Below are positions 9,575 through 19,993 of a DNA stretch of 46,233 nucleotides, piece after piece. Source of the stretch: an archaeon. GTDB taxonomy: Archaea; Iainarchaeota; Iainarchaeia; Iainarchaeales; 1-14-0-10-31-34. The translations under genes and the position numbers were made by a program. Location of the stretch: positions 1-46,233 of the forward strand of contig JBDRIL010000026.1 of the NCBI GenBank assembly GCA_043815885.1, given 5' to 3'. A model generated the notes under the pieces. The model was not told the origin of the DNA. It saw only the letters and a list, made by a program, of their open reading frames with translations, and made no database searches. The first letter of the stretch is position 1. Each line of letters begins with the position of its first letter.

Positions 9575-11017
9575 TCAAAATACTTCTTCCTTTTTCTTGC
9601 TGATTAATCTCTTATTTTTATTCAATACCTTTTTTAATTCCTTTGAAAAAGAAACACTTTTTTCTCCAGACAAGCCTAAATAATTCCCTGCATTAAGTAA
9701 ATGCTCTAATTCCTTTCGCTTTATTCTTTTTCTTACTTCCTTGTTTTTCCATAACAATTCCTTTAATGGATTTTCCTTTCCTTCCTGTACCTCGCCCCAA
9801 GCCTTCATTGAATTAACCCTGATTAATTCATGCGCTTTCTGCCTGCTTAGGCCTCTTGCAGTTAACTTCATCATTAATGCTTCAGTGCCGGCAAACACTC
9901 CGTAGTTAGAGAGATTTCTTTCAATTACTTTTTTATTCAAGGTCATTCCGGAAACAACCTTCTCTGCAATAATGAGTGCTTCCTCTAAAGCAAGGAATGC
10001 TTCTGGAAGGATAATCCTTCTATTGGCTGAATCATCCAAGGTTCTTTCCAAAAGAGTATTGGCTGCATTATTCCATGCAATTGGAGGAAGAGAGGAAACA
10101 AACCTGCTTAATGAACAGATTCTTTCACTGTTCATTGGATTTCTCTTGAAAGGCATTGTAGAACTTCCTACTTGTTTTTTCCTGAATGGTTCACTTACTT
10201 CTCCAATAAATGGATTCTGCAGTATTCTTACATCAAAAGCAAATTTATGCAGTGACTGAGCGATGGAAGCAAGAACACTTAAAAGCAGAAAATCCTGTTT
10301 TCTTGGATAAACCTGAGAGGAAACATCAAAATACTTTAATTTCAGTTCATTCATTACCTCTCTCTCCATTGTTTCGGGAGAGAGTTTCTTTCCCTTCAAT
10401 AATTCTTTAAAAGAAGAATAACTTCCTACAGCGCCCTTAATTCCCTTTCCTTTCAAATTCTCTTCAATGAATTCAATCATCCTTAAATCCATTAACAAGT
10501 CCTGAGCGTAATTGCTGAACCTGTATCCATAAGTTGTGGGCTCGGCTGTCTGCAGATGAGTAAAACCAATACAGCCAAGATTCCAGTTCTGGAGAATCTT
10601 TTTATTGAATTCATTCAATACACTGACTACTCTTGCTTTAATCAGCTTCAATGCCTTTCTTGAACGCATTACCTCTGCATTGTCTTCAATATCCATTGAA
10701 GTAGCGCCTAAATGGATTTTTCCTCCTCCTACAGGGGATTGCTCGGAAAAAACCATTACCTCTGCCATTAAGTCATGCCTTATCTCTTTCTCCAAGGCAT
10801 GAGCCTTATCTAAATCAATTCTTTCCTTATTCTTCTGTAAATCAGCTAATTCTTTCTCGCTGACCAAACCTGCCTTCATTTGAGATTTGGCTAACGCACA
10901 CCATATTCTTCTCCATTCCTTTCTGAATTCAATTTCAGAGAAGATTTTCCTCATTTCATTGCTTCCATAACGCCACGTAAAAGGAGACAAAAAGGAATCA
11001 AAAGAGAACTCTTTCAT
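9575..11017 (-). CDS. purB: Adenylosuccinate lyase
   Basis: RHDLMA, HLGATS, GSSTMPFKRNP signature. Confidence 0.97.
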   Translation of the reverse strand: MKEFSFDSFLSPFTWRYGSNEMRKIFSEIEFRKEWRRIWCALAKSQMKAGLVSEKELADLQKNKERIDLDKAHALEKEIRHDLMAEVMVFSEQSPVGGGKIHLGATSMDIEDNAEVMRSRKALKLIKARVVSVLNEFNKKILQNWNLGCIGFTHLQTAEPTTYGYRFSNYAQDLLMDLRMIEFIEENLKGKGIKGAVGSYSSFKELLKGKKLSPETMEREVMNELKLKYFDVSSQVYPRKQDFLLLSVLASIAQSLHKFAFDVRILQNPFIGEVSEPFRKKQVGSSTMPFKRNPMNSERICSLSRFVSSLPPIAWNNAANTLLERTLDDSANRRIILPEAFLALEEALIIAEKVVSGMTLNKKVIERNLSNYGVFAGTEALMMKLTARGLSRQKAHELIRVNSMKAWGEVQEGKENPLKELLWKNKEVRKRIKRKELEHLLNAGNYLGLSGEKSVSFSKELKKVLNKNKRLISKKKEEVF

Positions 11018-11117
11018 GGTAATTCACATTTAAATATGATAGATTATTAGTAAGAAACAATTAAAATATTAATTTATCCTAAAATGAGTATAGTCTTGAT
11101 TCTGATAGGGTTTTTGA

Positions 11118-11873
11118 GTGGATTGTGAGAAGGTTTACAACAGAATAACGGGAAACGTTAAATTATTTATTCAAGGGAATGGATTCAGGAAGGCTGTTTT
11201 TGGATTGAGCGGGGGGATTGATTCAAGCATGGCTGCTTACGTGTTAGTGGATGCATTGGGAAAAGAGAATGTAACTGCACTGCTGTTGCCTGAAGAAAAA
11301 ATGAAGTTAAAGGAAAGCAAGGAATGCCAGCAATTAATTCTGAAGGAATTGGGAATAAAGCATTACGAGATTGCAATTGATGGGTTTCTTGAAAAATTTT
11401 CTTCAAGTGAATGGACTCAATCAGAGAATGCATTAATGAATTCAAAGGCAAGAATAAGGATGCTCTTGCTGTACAATTACGCTAACTCCGGTAATGCATT
11501 GGTTGTGGGAACAAGCAATAAAAGTGAATTACTTTTGGGTTATGGAACCAAGTACGGGGATTTAGGGTGCGACTTACTTCCATTAGGAGACCTGTATAAA
11601 ACTGAATTATTTGAATTAGCTGAATGGAAAGGGCTTCCTAAAAAGGTAATTGAGAGAAAGCCTTCAGCTGAATTATGCGAAGGACAGACAGATGAAGAAG
11701 AACTTGGAGCTTCTTACGAGAAATTGGATTCAATGCTTAAGGCAATAGAGGAAGGAAAAGCGGAAGAGGAATTAAATAAAACCTTTAATAAGGACTTAGT
11801 GGAGAGAATACTTAAAAGAATTAAGGAGAATAAACATAAACTGAATACTCCTTTTATCATTAAGGCAAGGTAA
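11118..11873 (+). CDS. nadE: NH3-dependent NAD+ synthetase
   Basis: GLSGGIDS, KARIRM, GYGTKYGD, PSAEL. Confidence 0.97.
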   Translation: MDCEKVYNRITGNVKLFIQGNGFRKAVFGLSGGIDSSMAAYVLVDALGKENVTALLLPEEKMKLKESKECQQLILKELGIKHYEIAIDGFLEKFSSSEWTQSENALMNSKARIRMLLLYNYANSGNALVVGTSNKSELLLGYGTKYGDLGCDLLPLGDLYKTELFELAEWKGLPKKVIERKPSAELCEGQTDEEELGASYEKLDSMLKAIEEGKAEEELNKTFNKDLVERILKRIKENKHKLNTPFIIKAR

Positions 11874-11877
11874 GAGA

Positions 11878-12705
11878 ATGATTACTCCAAAAGAAAACAA
11901 TAAACTCATTTATTTTATGGAGAACGATATAGCTGAGAGGGATGTCACTACAGAGCTATTGGAAGAAAGGGAATGCGTTGCTGAAATAAAGGCAAAAGAA
12001 GAGGCAACGATTGCTGGGTTGGATGAAGCAGAGTTATGCTTTGAGTATTTTGGGGTTCAGGTAAAAAGATTAGTTGAAGAGGGAAGCAGGGTTAGGGAAG
12101 GAGCTACTGTAATGGCACTGAAAGGAAGCAATAAAGGCATTCTTCAGGCAGAAAGAACTGCACTGAATATGATGAGCAGAATGAGCGGGGTTGCTTCGCT
12201 TTGTGCTAAAGCAAGGGAATTGGCTGAAGGAAGCAATGTTAGGATTGCTTTAACCAGAAAGACTATTCCCGGATTTAATGAATTCGATAAAAAAGCCGCA
12301 ATAATTGCTGGAATTGACCCCCATAGATTTAATTTAAGTGATATGGTGCTATTGAAAGACAATCACCTGAAGTTCTTTAAGAGCGTAAAGGAAGCAGTAA
12401 GGAAAGCAAAGAAAGAGAGTTCTTTCAGTAAAAAGATTGAGGTAGAGGCAAAGAATAAGGGAAAGGCATTAAAGGCAGCAGAAGAGTGTCCTGACATTAT
12501 AATGCTTGATAATTTTTCTGTAAGAGACGCAGGGCAAACAATCAAGGAAATAAGGGCAATGAATAAAAAGGTTTTAATTGAGTGCAGTGGAGGAATAGAT
12601 TTAAATAACCTAAAGAGCTATATTGAATTAAAGCCTGATATTGTTTCACTCGGTTTTTTGACTAAATCAGCTAGAGGAATTGATTTTTCTCTTAATATTA
12701 AATGA
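11878..12705 (+). CDS. nadC: Nicotinate-nucleotide pyrophosphorylase (carboxylating)
   Basis: ERTALN, TRKT.PG, HRFNL.D..LLKDNH, IMLDN, SGGI. Confidence 0.95.
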   Translation: MITPKENNKLIYFMENDIAERDVTTELLEERECVAEIKAKEEATIAGLDEAELCFEYFGVQVKRLVEEGSRVREGATVMALKGSNKGILQAERTALNMMSRMSGVASLCAKARELAEGSNVRIALTRKTIPGFNEFDKKAAIIAGIDPHRFNLSDMVLLKDNHLKFFKSVKEAVRKAKKESSFSKKIEVEAKNKGKALKAAEECPDIIMLDNFSVRDAGQTIKEIRAMNKKVLIECSGGIDLNNLKSYIELKPDIVSLGFLTKSARGIDFSLNIK

Positions 12706-12717
12706 GGACTTTTTGAA

Positions 12718-13299
12718 ATGAATATAGCAGTTTTTGGCGGTTCATTCAATCCAATCCATTTCGGGCATCTTATAGCAGCGCAGGAAATACTCTGGAGTGG
12801 AATGGCAGAAGAAGTATGGTTCATGCCCTGCTACAAAAATCCATTAAAGCAGAATGGAATGACTGACACTGCAAAGGACAGACTTGAAATGGTTTCCCTT
12901 TCAATTGAAGGAAACCCCAAACTAAGGGTATCAGAGCTTGAACTTAAAAGAAAAGGCGAAAGCTACACAATAGAAACTATAAGAGAATTAAAGAAGTCTT
13001 TTCCAGAACACGGATTCCACTGGGTAATGGGAAGCGATTTAGTGGAAGAATTCCATAAATGGAAGGAAGCAAAAGAAATAGTAAAAGAAGTAAAAATAAT
13101 TGTTTTTCCCTTGCCAGACTTCAAGGAAATAAACAATGAATTAATCAAGAACAGCGAACCATTAATCGTTAATACCCCAATTACAACCAATATTTCTTCC
13201 TCGCTGATAAGGGAAAGAGTAAAGAGAAACAAGCCAGTGGATTACCTCATCACCAGAAAAGTACAAACCTATCTACAGGAACACGAATTATATAAATAA
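12718..13299 (+). CDS. nadD: Nicotinate-nucleotide adenylyltransferase, bacterial type
   Basis: FGGSFNPIHFGH, SYTIET, MGSD, ISSSLIR. Confidence 0.95.
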   Translation: MNIAVFGGSFNPIHFGHLIAAQEILWSGMAEEVWFMPCYKNPLKQNGMTDTAKDRLEMVSLSIEGNPKLRVSELELKRKGESYTIETIRELKKSFPEHGFHWVMGSDLVEEFHKWKEAKEIVKEVKIIVFPLPDFKEINNELIKNSEPLIVNTPITTNISSSLIRERVKRNKPVDYLITRKVQTYLQEHELYK

Positions 13300-13331
13300 A
13301 CTTCCGTGCAACTTTTCAATTAGAGATTGCA

Positions 13332-14069
13332 ATGCCTAAGGAAAAAATAAAGATATTACTAGTTTATGGTCATGACCCCACAGAATCAAAAGTAGCAAAG
13401 GAATGGGTTAAAAAATTGAAAGAATCTCTGGAAAAACGCGGTTTTGAAGTTAAACCTCATCCAATCGACTTAGAAGAAACATGGCAAAGAAAATTAATAA
13501 AAGCTCATAAAGATGGAAAAGATTTTTTTCAGGTTGAAAAAGAATTTGCGACAGAAAAAACAAAGGAAATGAAAAAAGCATTAGTAAAAAAAGTTTCTGA
13601 AGAATACAGAAAATACCACATAATTGATTTACATGCAACCCCTAAAGAAACAGTTAACCTTGATCAACAAAAACCAAAAAGAATTAAAGTGAGAGAAGAA
13701 AGAACAGCATATGAAGGCAATATTTTGTTTATACCAGCCCATACACATGGTTATCAATATAGTAGTAAATCATATTCCTTTTTGGAGTTGCCTGCAGAAT
13801 TCAAAAGGAGTGGGCCTTATAGCAGATGGAATTACCCAAGCCATCTTACAGAAAGTCTTCTAGAAAAAGCAGACTTAAAGGCAACAAGAGCCGCAAACTT
13901 AATTGCGCCCAGAGTAGTTAGGAAAGTAGTGCATTTGATTGATTCAATTATAAAAACTAAAGAAGGAATATATCGTAAGCCAAGAAGACCTCAATACCTC
14001 CAAACAAGGGCGCCTAGAGGATTGAGAAAATCAAGAAAAGTATATGGACGTAAAATGAAAAGAAGGTGA
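13332..14069 (+). CDS. Orphan protein, possibly a degenerate M14/AstE-like hydrolase fold with a basic C-terminal tail
   Basis: ILLVYGHDPTE...IIDLHAT...FLELP resembles the HxxE/DLH/E order of M14-type enzymes; R/K-rich C-terminus. Confidence 0.55.
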   Translation: MPKEKIKILLVYGHDPTESKVAKEWVKKLKESLEKRGFEVKPHPIDLEETWQRKLIKAHKDGKDFFQVEKEFATEKTKEMKKALVKKVSEEYRKYHIIDLHATPKETVNLDQQKPKRIKVREERTAYEGNILFIPAHTHGYQYSSKSYSFLELPAEFKRSGPYSRWNYPSHLTESLLEKADLKATRAANLIAPRVVRKVVHLIDSIIKTKEGIYRKPRRPQYLQTRAPRGLRKSRKVYGRKMKRR

Positions 14070-14073
14070 AGTT

Positions 14074-14871
14074 ATGATTCAGGCAGGAAAAATTCTGAGC
14101 AGGGTAAGAGAACAAAAACCATTAATTCATCATATCACTAATTGGGTTTCAATTTATGATTGCGCGAATGTTACTCGTGCATTTGGCGCTCTGCCAATAA
14201 TGTCTCACGCAATAGAAGAGGTAGAGGAAATGGTTTCCCTGAGCAATGCATTAGTGCTGAATATTGGCACTCTCACAAGGGAATTAATTGATTCAATGAT
14301 TCTGGCAGGAAAGAAAGCAAATGAATTGCGGAAACCAATTGTACTGGATGCAGTCGGAGCAGGAGCAACAAAATTAAGGACAGAGGAAACAGAAAGAATA
14401 ATGAAGGAAGTAAGGATTGATATAGTGAAAGGAAATAAGAGCGAGATAGCAGTACTGGCTGGAGTGAATGCAGTGACAAAAGGAGTAGAGGCAGGAGAAG
14501 TAAAAGAAGATTTAATTGAAATAGGAAAGAAAATATTTAATGAAAGGAAATCCATTGCAGTAATTACAGGAAAAGAGGATTTAGTTATTGGAAGAAGGGT
14601 TTTTTCTGTCAACAATGGGCATGAATTAATGGGAAGAGTGGTTGGAACTGGATGCATGGCTGCAAGCATTATTGCATCCTTTGCTGCAGTTGAAGAAGAG
14701 AAAGAAATTGCTGCTGCCTCCGGACTTTCATGCTTTGGGATTGCAGCAGAATTGGCAGCAGTAAATGCAGCAGGAATCGGTTCCTTCAAGGAAAAAATGT
14801 ATGACGAGATATTTAACTTGAAGGAAGAGAAAGTAAATGAAATGCAGAAAATAAAAGAAGTGAATCCATGA
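14074..14871 (+). CDS. thiM: Hydroxyethylthiazole kinase
   Basis: PLIHHITN, LNIGT, VLDAVG, GNKSEI, VGTGCM. Confidence 0.97.
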   Translation: MIQAGKILSRVREQKPLIHHITNWVSIYDCANVTRAFGALPIMSHAIEEVEEMVSLSNALVLNIGTLTRELIDSMILAGKKANELRKPIVLDAVGAGATKLRTEETERIMKEVRIDIVKGNKSEIAVLAGVNAVTKGVEAGEVKEDLIEIGKKIFNERKSIAVITGKEDLVIGRRVFSVNNGHELMGRVVGTGCMAASIIASFAAVEEEKEIAAASGLSCFGIAAELAAVNAAGIGSFKEKMYDEIFNLKEEKVNEMQKIKEVNP

Positions 14872-15482
14872 AAGAAATTAAAGGATACTACTTTATTACT
14901 GACAGCAATTTAAGCAAAAATGTTCTGGAAGACGCAATAGAAACAATTGAAGGCGGAGCAAAAGTTATACAGTACAGGGAGAAAAAGAAAAGCACTGGAG
15001 AAATGATTAAAGAAGCAGGGAAACTGAAAAAATTGTGTGAAGAAAACAATGTTTTATTCCTGATTAATGACAGGATTGATATTGCATTGGCAGTGAATGC
15101 AGACGGAGTGCATTTAGGGCAGGAAGACTTTCCATTAGAGAAGGCAAGGGAACTGCTTGGAAAGGAAAAAGTAATTGGAGTAACAGTTCATGATGCAGAA
15201 GAAGCAGTAGAAGCAGAAAAAAATGGAGCAGATTACGTTAGTGTTTCCCCTATTTTTCATACTGATACAAAAAAGGATGCAGGAAAAGCAGTCGGAGTGG
15301 AAATGATCAAGGCAGTAAAGGAAAGAGTAAAGCTTCCAATTACTGCGATTGGAGGAATTGATTTCAGTAATCTGAATAAAGTAATTGAGGCAGGAGCTGA
15401 TTCAGTAAGCATGATTTCTGCAGTTTTAGTGCAAGGAAAAGTGAAAGAGAATTCAAGGAAAGTGAGTGAGGCCTTTAAATGA
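14868..15482 (+). CDS. thiE: Thiamine-phosphate synthase
   Basis: QYREK, INDRIDIA, GVHLGQED, TDTKKD, AIGGI. Confidence 0.97.
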   Translation: MKEIKGYYFITDSNLSKNVLEDAIETIEGGAKVIQYREKKKSTGEMIKEAGKLKKLCEENNVLFLINDRIDIALAVNADGVHLGQEDFPLEKARELLGKEKVIGVTVHDAEEAVEAEKNGADYVSVSPIFHTDTKKDAGKAVGVEMIKAVKERVKLPITAIGGIDFSNLNKVIEAGADSVSMISAVLVQGKVKENSRKVSEAFK

Positions 15483-16420
15483 AGATTTCATCCATTGGAG
15501 GGGAAATGAATTTAATTGAGAGAATAAAAGGAATAGCTAAAAGAAAAGAAGTATTGTTAGGGCAGGGAGACGATGCAGCAATAATCAATGCAGGAAAAAA
15601 AGAAGTGCTTTTAACAATTGATTCATTGGTTGAGGGAAGCCATTTCAGTTCATGGTTTTCAGCCAAACAGATTGGAATGAAGGCAATGGAAGTGAATGCA
15701 AGCGACATTGCTGCAATGGGGGGAAAACCATTATATGCACTTGCATCAGTCACATTAACAAAAAATTCCTCTGTTGAATTCGTTGAAGAATTATATAAAG
15801 GAATCAAAGCAGTCGGAAGAAAGTACTGGATAGATGTGATTGGAGGAGACTTTGTAAAGGGAAATGAAAGAAGCATTACTATTGCAATGATTGGGGAGAG
15901 AAGGAAAGGTTTAAGGTGCAGGAGAAGCGATGCAAGGATTGGAGACTACATAATGGTTTCCGGCAGCCTTGGAGCTTCTACAGCTGGATTGAATCTGTTC
16001 CTGAAGAAAATAAAGGGATTTAATTCAGTAAAGAAAAAGCATCTTGAGCCAAAAGCACAATTAAAAAAGGCATTAAAGATTGCTCCTTTTGCGAATGCAA
16101 TGGAGGACGTAAGTGACGGCTTGGCTTCTGAAGTGAAGAATATATGTTCTTTGAGCAAGTGCGGTGCAGTAATTTTTGCTGAAAAAATTCCTGTTTCAAA
16201 AAAAACAAGGAAGGCAGCAAAAAAAATGAGAATGAATGCACTGGATTTCGCTTTATTCGGTGGAGAGGACTTTGAATTAGTCTTCACTGTGAACAAAAAA
16301 AATTTAAGCAAAGTAAAAGGAATAATTGTAGGAAAGATTATAAGAGAGAAAAAAATTTATCTGGAAGAAAAAGGAAAAAAGGAATTACTCAGAAGAAGAG
16401 GATATGATCATTTTGCATAA
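15479..16420 (+). CDS. thiL: Thiamine-monophosphate kinase
   Basis: GDDAA, NASDIAAMGG, IGGD, DVSDGL, GGEDFEL. Confidence 0.97.
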   Translation: MKISSIGGEMNLIERIKGIAKRKEVLLGQGDDAAIINAGKKEVLLTIDSLVEGSHFSSWFSAKQIGMKAMEVNASDIAAMGGKPLYALASVTLTKNSSVEFVEELYKGIKAVGRKYWIDVIGGDFVKGNERSITIAMIGERRKGLRCRRSDARIGDYIMVSGSLGASTAGLNLFLKKIKGFNSVKKKHLEPKAQLKKALKIAPFANAMEDVSDGLASEVKNICSLSKCGAVIFAEKIPVSKKTRKAAKKMRMNALDFALFGGEDFELVFTVNKKNLSKVKGIIVGKIIREKKIYLEEKGKKELLRRRGYDHFA

Positions 16421-16724
16421 AACTTTTTCTGAAAAAGTTCGGGAGAAATTAAAATTAATTCCAAGAGGAAGAATCACTACTTACAGGGAAATAGCCAAAG
16501 CAATTCGCCAGCCTAATGCTTTTAGGGCTGTGGGAAATGCATGCAACAAAAATCCTTTTGCTCCAAAAATTCCTTGCCATAGAGTTGTATTGAGCAATGG
16601 AGGCATTGGAGGATACGCAAAAGGAAAAAAGAAGAAGATTGAATTGCTGGAAAAAGAAGGAATTGAAATTAAAAACAATAAAGTAATTGATTTTAAGGAA
16701 AAATTATTTAGATTCAAAGCCTGA
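16404..16724 (+). CDS. ogt: O6-methylguanine-DNA methyltransferase
   Basis: RAVGNA and IPCHRV active site. Confidence 0.95.
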   Translation: MIILHKTFSEKVREKLKLIPRGRITTYREIAKAIRQPNAFRAVGNACNKNPFAPKIPCHRVVLSNGGIGGYAKGKKKKIELLEKEGIEIKNNKVIDFKEKLFRFKA

Positions 16725-18489
16725 AGTTGTTTTCCTCTTTTTCTGTTTCTTCTTTAAGGTATTTAATGAATTCATCTTTGTAGTTTGAGATATTGTAGAC
16801 CTTTCCTGTCTCAAGGAAGGAAACCACGTTTTTTATGAATACATTGCTTCCAATGATGTCTGTTATTACAACAAAATCAACCTTGTTATCATAGAGAGCT
16901 AAAGCGTCTCTTTTATTTTTTGCCCTTGCAAAAATAACGATGTTTGGATTCATTTGCCTGGCTTTTTCTGCAAGAAAGAGGGAAGCAGCAATTTCAGGGA
17001 CAGCCAAAACAAGCAGTGAGGCCTTGCTTAAATTAACCTTTTTCCATAGCTCGTCATTCTCAATGTTTCCGTAAACAGCTGGAATGCCTTTATTAATCTG
17101 TTTAAAAATTATTTCTGGGTCGTGGTCTATTACAACCAGTTTTATGAAGCTGTGCAGGGCAGAAGCAATCCCTGAACCCATTACGCCTGCCCCAAGAATT
17201 ACGATATGTCCATTCAATTCATCTTTTTCCGGAATCTTCTCTAATTCATTTAATTTCTTTATGAAATGCTTTTTCCTTGTAAATGGAGCAGAAAACCTGC
17301 TTAGGAATACATAGATTCCTTCACTGTAACGCATAAGGTAAGGAGTTAAGGCCATTGTCAAGGCAATAACAATTATTACGATTGAAAAAAGATCTCGAGT
17401 TAGAGCTCCGTAAAGTACTCCATAGCTTGCAAGAATAAAGGAAAACTCTGATACCTGCGCCAAACCAATTCCAGTAACCAATCCATTCCTCATCCCATAT
17501 CCTCCCACTAGATTAAGGAAAGCAAAGATAATCGGTTTAAGGATTAATACTACTGCAAGCATGAAAACAGCAAGCATTATTGTATATGTTAATGAAAAGG
17601 AAGCAAGGGAAGGAGTTATCTGCATTCCAAGCGAGACAAAAAATACTGTGACAAAAAAATCCCTTAATCCCTTAATCTTTCCAGCCAATTCAAAGTTATA
17701 GGAAATAGATGAAAGGCTTAATCCTGCAAGAAATGCCCCTACTGCAGGAGAGAAATCAAGCAAGGCAGAAATAAAGATAAAAACAAAGCAAATGCTCACT
17801 GCACTCAAATACATTAATTCCTGCTGCTTTAAGGAAATGCTGAGGAGCTTGGAGAAGACATATCTTCCCAAAATAAAAGCCAAGGCCACCAATAAAATAC
17901 CTTTAGCAATAATTACCCCAATTCCCACTGGAGCCAAGGTCTGAGAAGTAATCAAGGGAATCGCAAGAATTACCAGAACATCCTGTACAAGCAGGAAACC
18001 AATCATCAGCCTTCCATGAAGAGTATTAATGTCATTTGCATCTGAAAGAAGCTTTACCACAATGACTGTACTGGAGAAAGCAAGGATTACCCCAAGATAA
18101 ATAGAGGAAACAAAGTCCAAGCCCAACAATTGCGCTCCAATAAATGCAATTAACGCTGTAACCGCTACCTGGAATACCCCTCCAGCCAATACAAACAAGC
18201 CAATTTTCTTCAATTTATTTAAATCTGATTCAATCCCTACAGTGAAAAGCAGGAAAGCAATCCCTAATTCACTGATTAAAGCAATATGCTCTGACTGAGT
18301 AATTAAACCTAAACCAATTGGCCCAATAACCAGTCCAGCCACTATGTATGCAAGCATTAAGGGCTGTTTAAGGAATCTCAGGATTATTGCCAGAAAGGTA
18401 GCGAAAACAACTATTATTCCTAGCTCTGCAAGAATCCCTAATTCACTCAATGAACCAAGACTAAGTAAACCAATTGATTGCTCCAACAT
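16714..18489 (-). CDS. CPA2/Kef-type cation:proton antiporter with C-terminal TrkA-N (RCK) domain
   Basis: About 13 TM, FSSTVIV, VQD, QVSEFSF; GAGVMG Rossmann motif. Confidence 0.92.
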   Translation of the reverse strand: MLEQSIGLLSLGSLSELGILAELGIIVVFATFLAIILRFLKQPLMLAYIVAGLVIGPIGLGLITQSEHIALISELGIAFLLFTVGIESDLNKLKKIGLFVLAGGVFQVAVTALIAFIGAQLLGLDFVSSIYLGVILAFSSTVIVVKLLSDANDINTLHGRLMIGFLLVQDVLVILAIPLITSQTLAPVGIGVIIAKGILLVALAFILGRYVFSKLLSISLKQQELMYLSAVSICFVFIFISALLDFSPAVGAFLAGLSLSSISYNFELAGKIKGLRDFFVTVFFVSLGMQITPSLASFSLTYTIMLAVFMLAVVLILKPIIFAFLNLVGGYGMRNGLVTGIGLAQVSEFSFILASYGVLYGALTRDLFSIVIIVIALTMALTPYLMRYSEGIYVFLSRFSAPFTRKKHFIKKLNELEKIPEKDELNGHIVILGAGVMGSGIASALHSFIKLVVIDHDPEIIFKQINKGIPAVYGNIENDELWKKVNLSKASLLVLAVPEIAASLFLAEKARQMNPNIVIFARAKNKRDALALYDNKVDFVVITDIIGSNVFIKNVVSFLETGKVYNISNYKDEFIKYLKEETEKEENNFRL

Positions 18490-18550
18490 TTAAACTCCAG
18501 AAAAATAAAGGAAAAAGAACTATATAAAAGTAATGGATTAGAAAAGGCAA

Positions 18551-19954
18551 TTATTTAATTCTCTTCCATTTAACGCCTTCCTTGGCGTCATCCAGCTGTA
18601 TTCCCCTGGCCTTTAATTTTTCCCTTACTTCATCTGCCTTATCGAACTGCTTCTTCTTTCTGTACTCTTCCCGCTTTTCAATCAATTCCTTTTCTTCTTT
18701 ACTCAGAGGTTTTTCTTCCTCGAATTCCAATAAACCCAATACTTTATCAAATTCATTCATTAATGAAAGAATTGCTTCAGCTTCTGTTTTGGTTAATTTT
18801 TCTTCCCCGATTAATTTATTCACTTCCTTCATGAAATTAAAGACTGAGGAAAGAGCACTGGAAATATTTAAATCGTCATCCAGGCATTTTTCAAATTCTT
18901 TTTTTGTTTTCTCAATTAATTTTTTTACTTCACTGCCTTCCTTTCCTTCCTTCTTTGCTTCCTTTAACTTGCTTAGGAATTCCCTGAATTTCTCCATAAT
19001 ATTTTCTGCTGCCTTTAATCCATCCTCAGTGAAATTCAATTCATTCCTGTAACTGGTTGAGAGAAGCACATAACGAATGGATTTAGGGGAATAACCCTTC
19101 TCCAATAAATCCCTTAAAGTAAAGAAATTCCCCAAACTCTTGCTCATCTTTTTTCCTTCAACAATTAAGTGCGAGCAATGCATCCAGTAATTCACAAACT
19201 TCTTTCCGGTAGAGGCTTCACTTTGCGCAATCTCAGTCTCATGATGAGGAAAGATATTGTCAAGTCCTCCGGTATGAATGTCAAAACTCTCCCCTAAATA
19301 CTTCATGCTCATTGCACTGCATTCAATATGCCAGCCAGGACGCCCTTTCCCCAATTCATTTTCCCAAAATACTTCTCCATCTTCCTCATTCCATGCCTTC
19401 CATAAAGCAAAATCCCTTGCCTCTTCTTTTTCGTATTCATCCTGTTTTACTCTTGCCCCTTCCTTTAATTCCTTTAACTTTAAGTGAGACAACTTCCCGT
19501 AATCCTTGAAAGCAGAAACCTTATAGTAAATGCTTCCATCCTCTCCCTTGTAAGCAAAACCTTTTTCCAGCAATTTCCTGATTAATTCAACCATTTCAGG
19601 AACATGTTTTGTTGCTTCAGGATAATGCTCTGCTTTCTCAATATTCAGTGTCTTAATGTCCTCAAAAAATGATTTCTTGTATTCTTCAGTGAATTCATTC
19701 AAGGAAATTCCTTTCTCCATTGAACCCTTAATTGTCTTGTCATCCACGTCAGTGAGATTCATTACCTGAATCACCCTGAATCCCTTGTATTCAAGGTAAC
19801 GCCTCAACAAGTCCTCGAAAATGTATGCCCTGTAATTCCCTATATGCGCGAAATCATACACTGTCGGTCCACAGGTATACATCCTCACTTCTTTATCCTT
19901 AATTGGCTTAAAGGATTCCTTCTTCCTTGAAAGCGTGTTGTAGAATTGAAGCAT
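18551..19954 (-). CDS. cysS: Cysteinyl-tRNA synthetase
   Basis: CGPTVY, HIGN, GRPGWHIECSAM, KMSKS. Confidence 0.98.
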   Translation of the reverse strand: MLQFYNTLSRKKESFKPIKDKEVRMYTCGPTVYDFAHIGNYRAYIFEDLLRRYLEYKGFRVIQVMNLTDVDDKTIKGSMEKGISLNEFTEEYKKSFFEDIKTLNIEKAEHYPEATKHVPEMVELIRKLLEKGFAYKGEDGSIYYKVSAFKDYGKLSHLKLKELKEGARVKQDEYEKEEARDFALWKAWNEEDGEVFWENELGKGRPGWHIECSAMSMKYLGESFDIHTGGLDNIFPHHETEIAQSEASTGKKFVNYWMHCSHLIVEGKKMSKSLGNFFTLRDLLEKGYSPKSIRYVLLSTSYRNELNFTEDGLKAAENIMEKFREFLSKLKEAKKEGKEGSEVKKLIEKTKKEFEKCLDDDLNISSALSSVFNFMKEVNKLIGEEKLTKTEAEAILSLMNEFDKVLGLLEFEEEKPLSKEEKELIEKREEYRKKKQFDKADEVREKLKARGIQLDDAKEGVKWKRIK

Positions 19955-19993
19955 AAGTATTAAATAAACCAGAACACATTAAATTCTTTTAGG

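Noticed and set aside
13300..14073. TPP riboswitch upstream of thiM
   Set aside because: The space is occupied by an ORF and the CUGAGA/ACCUG core is absent.
14205..14789. Long antisense ORFs (e.g. 14205-14789, 7260-7745, 18582-19052, 22588-23088, 31816-32289)
   Set aside because: Ser/Phe/Leu-rich mirror translations of well-supported genes on the other strand.
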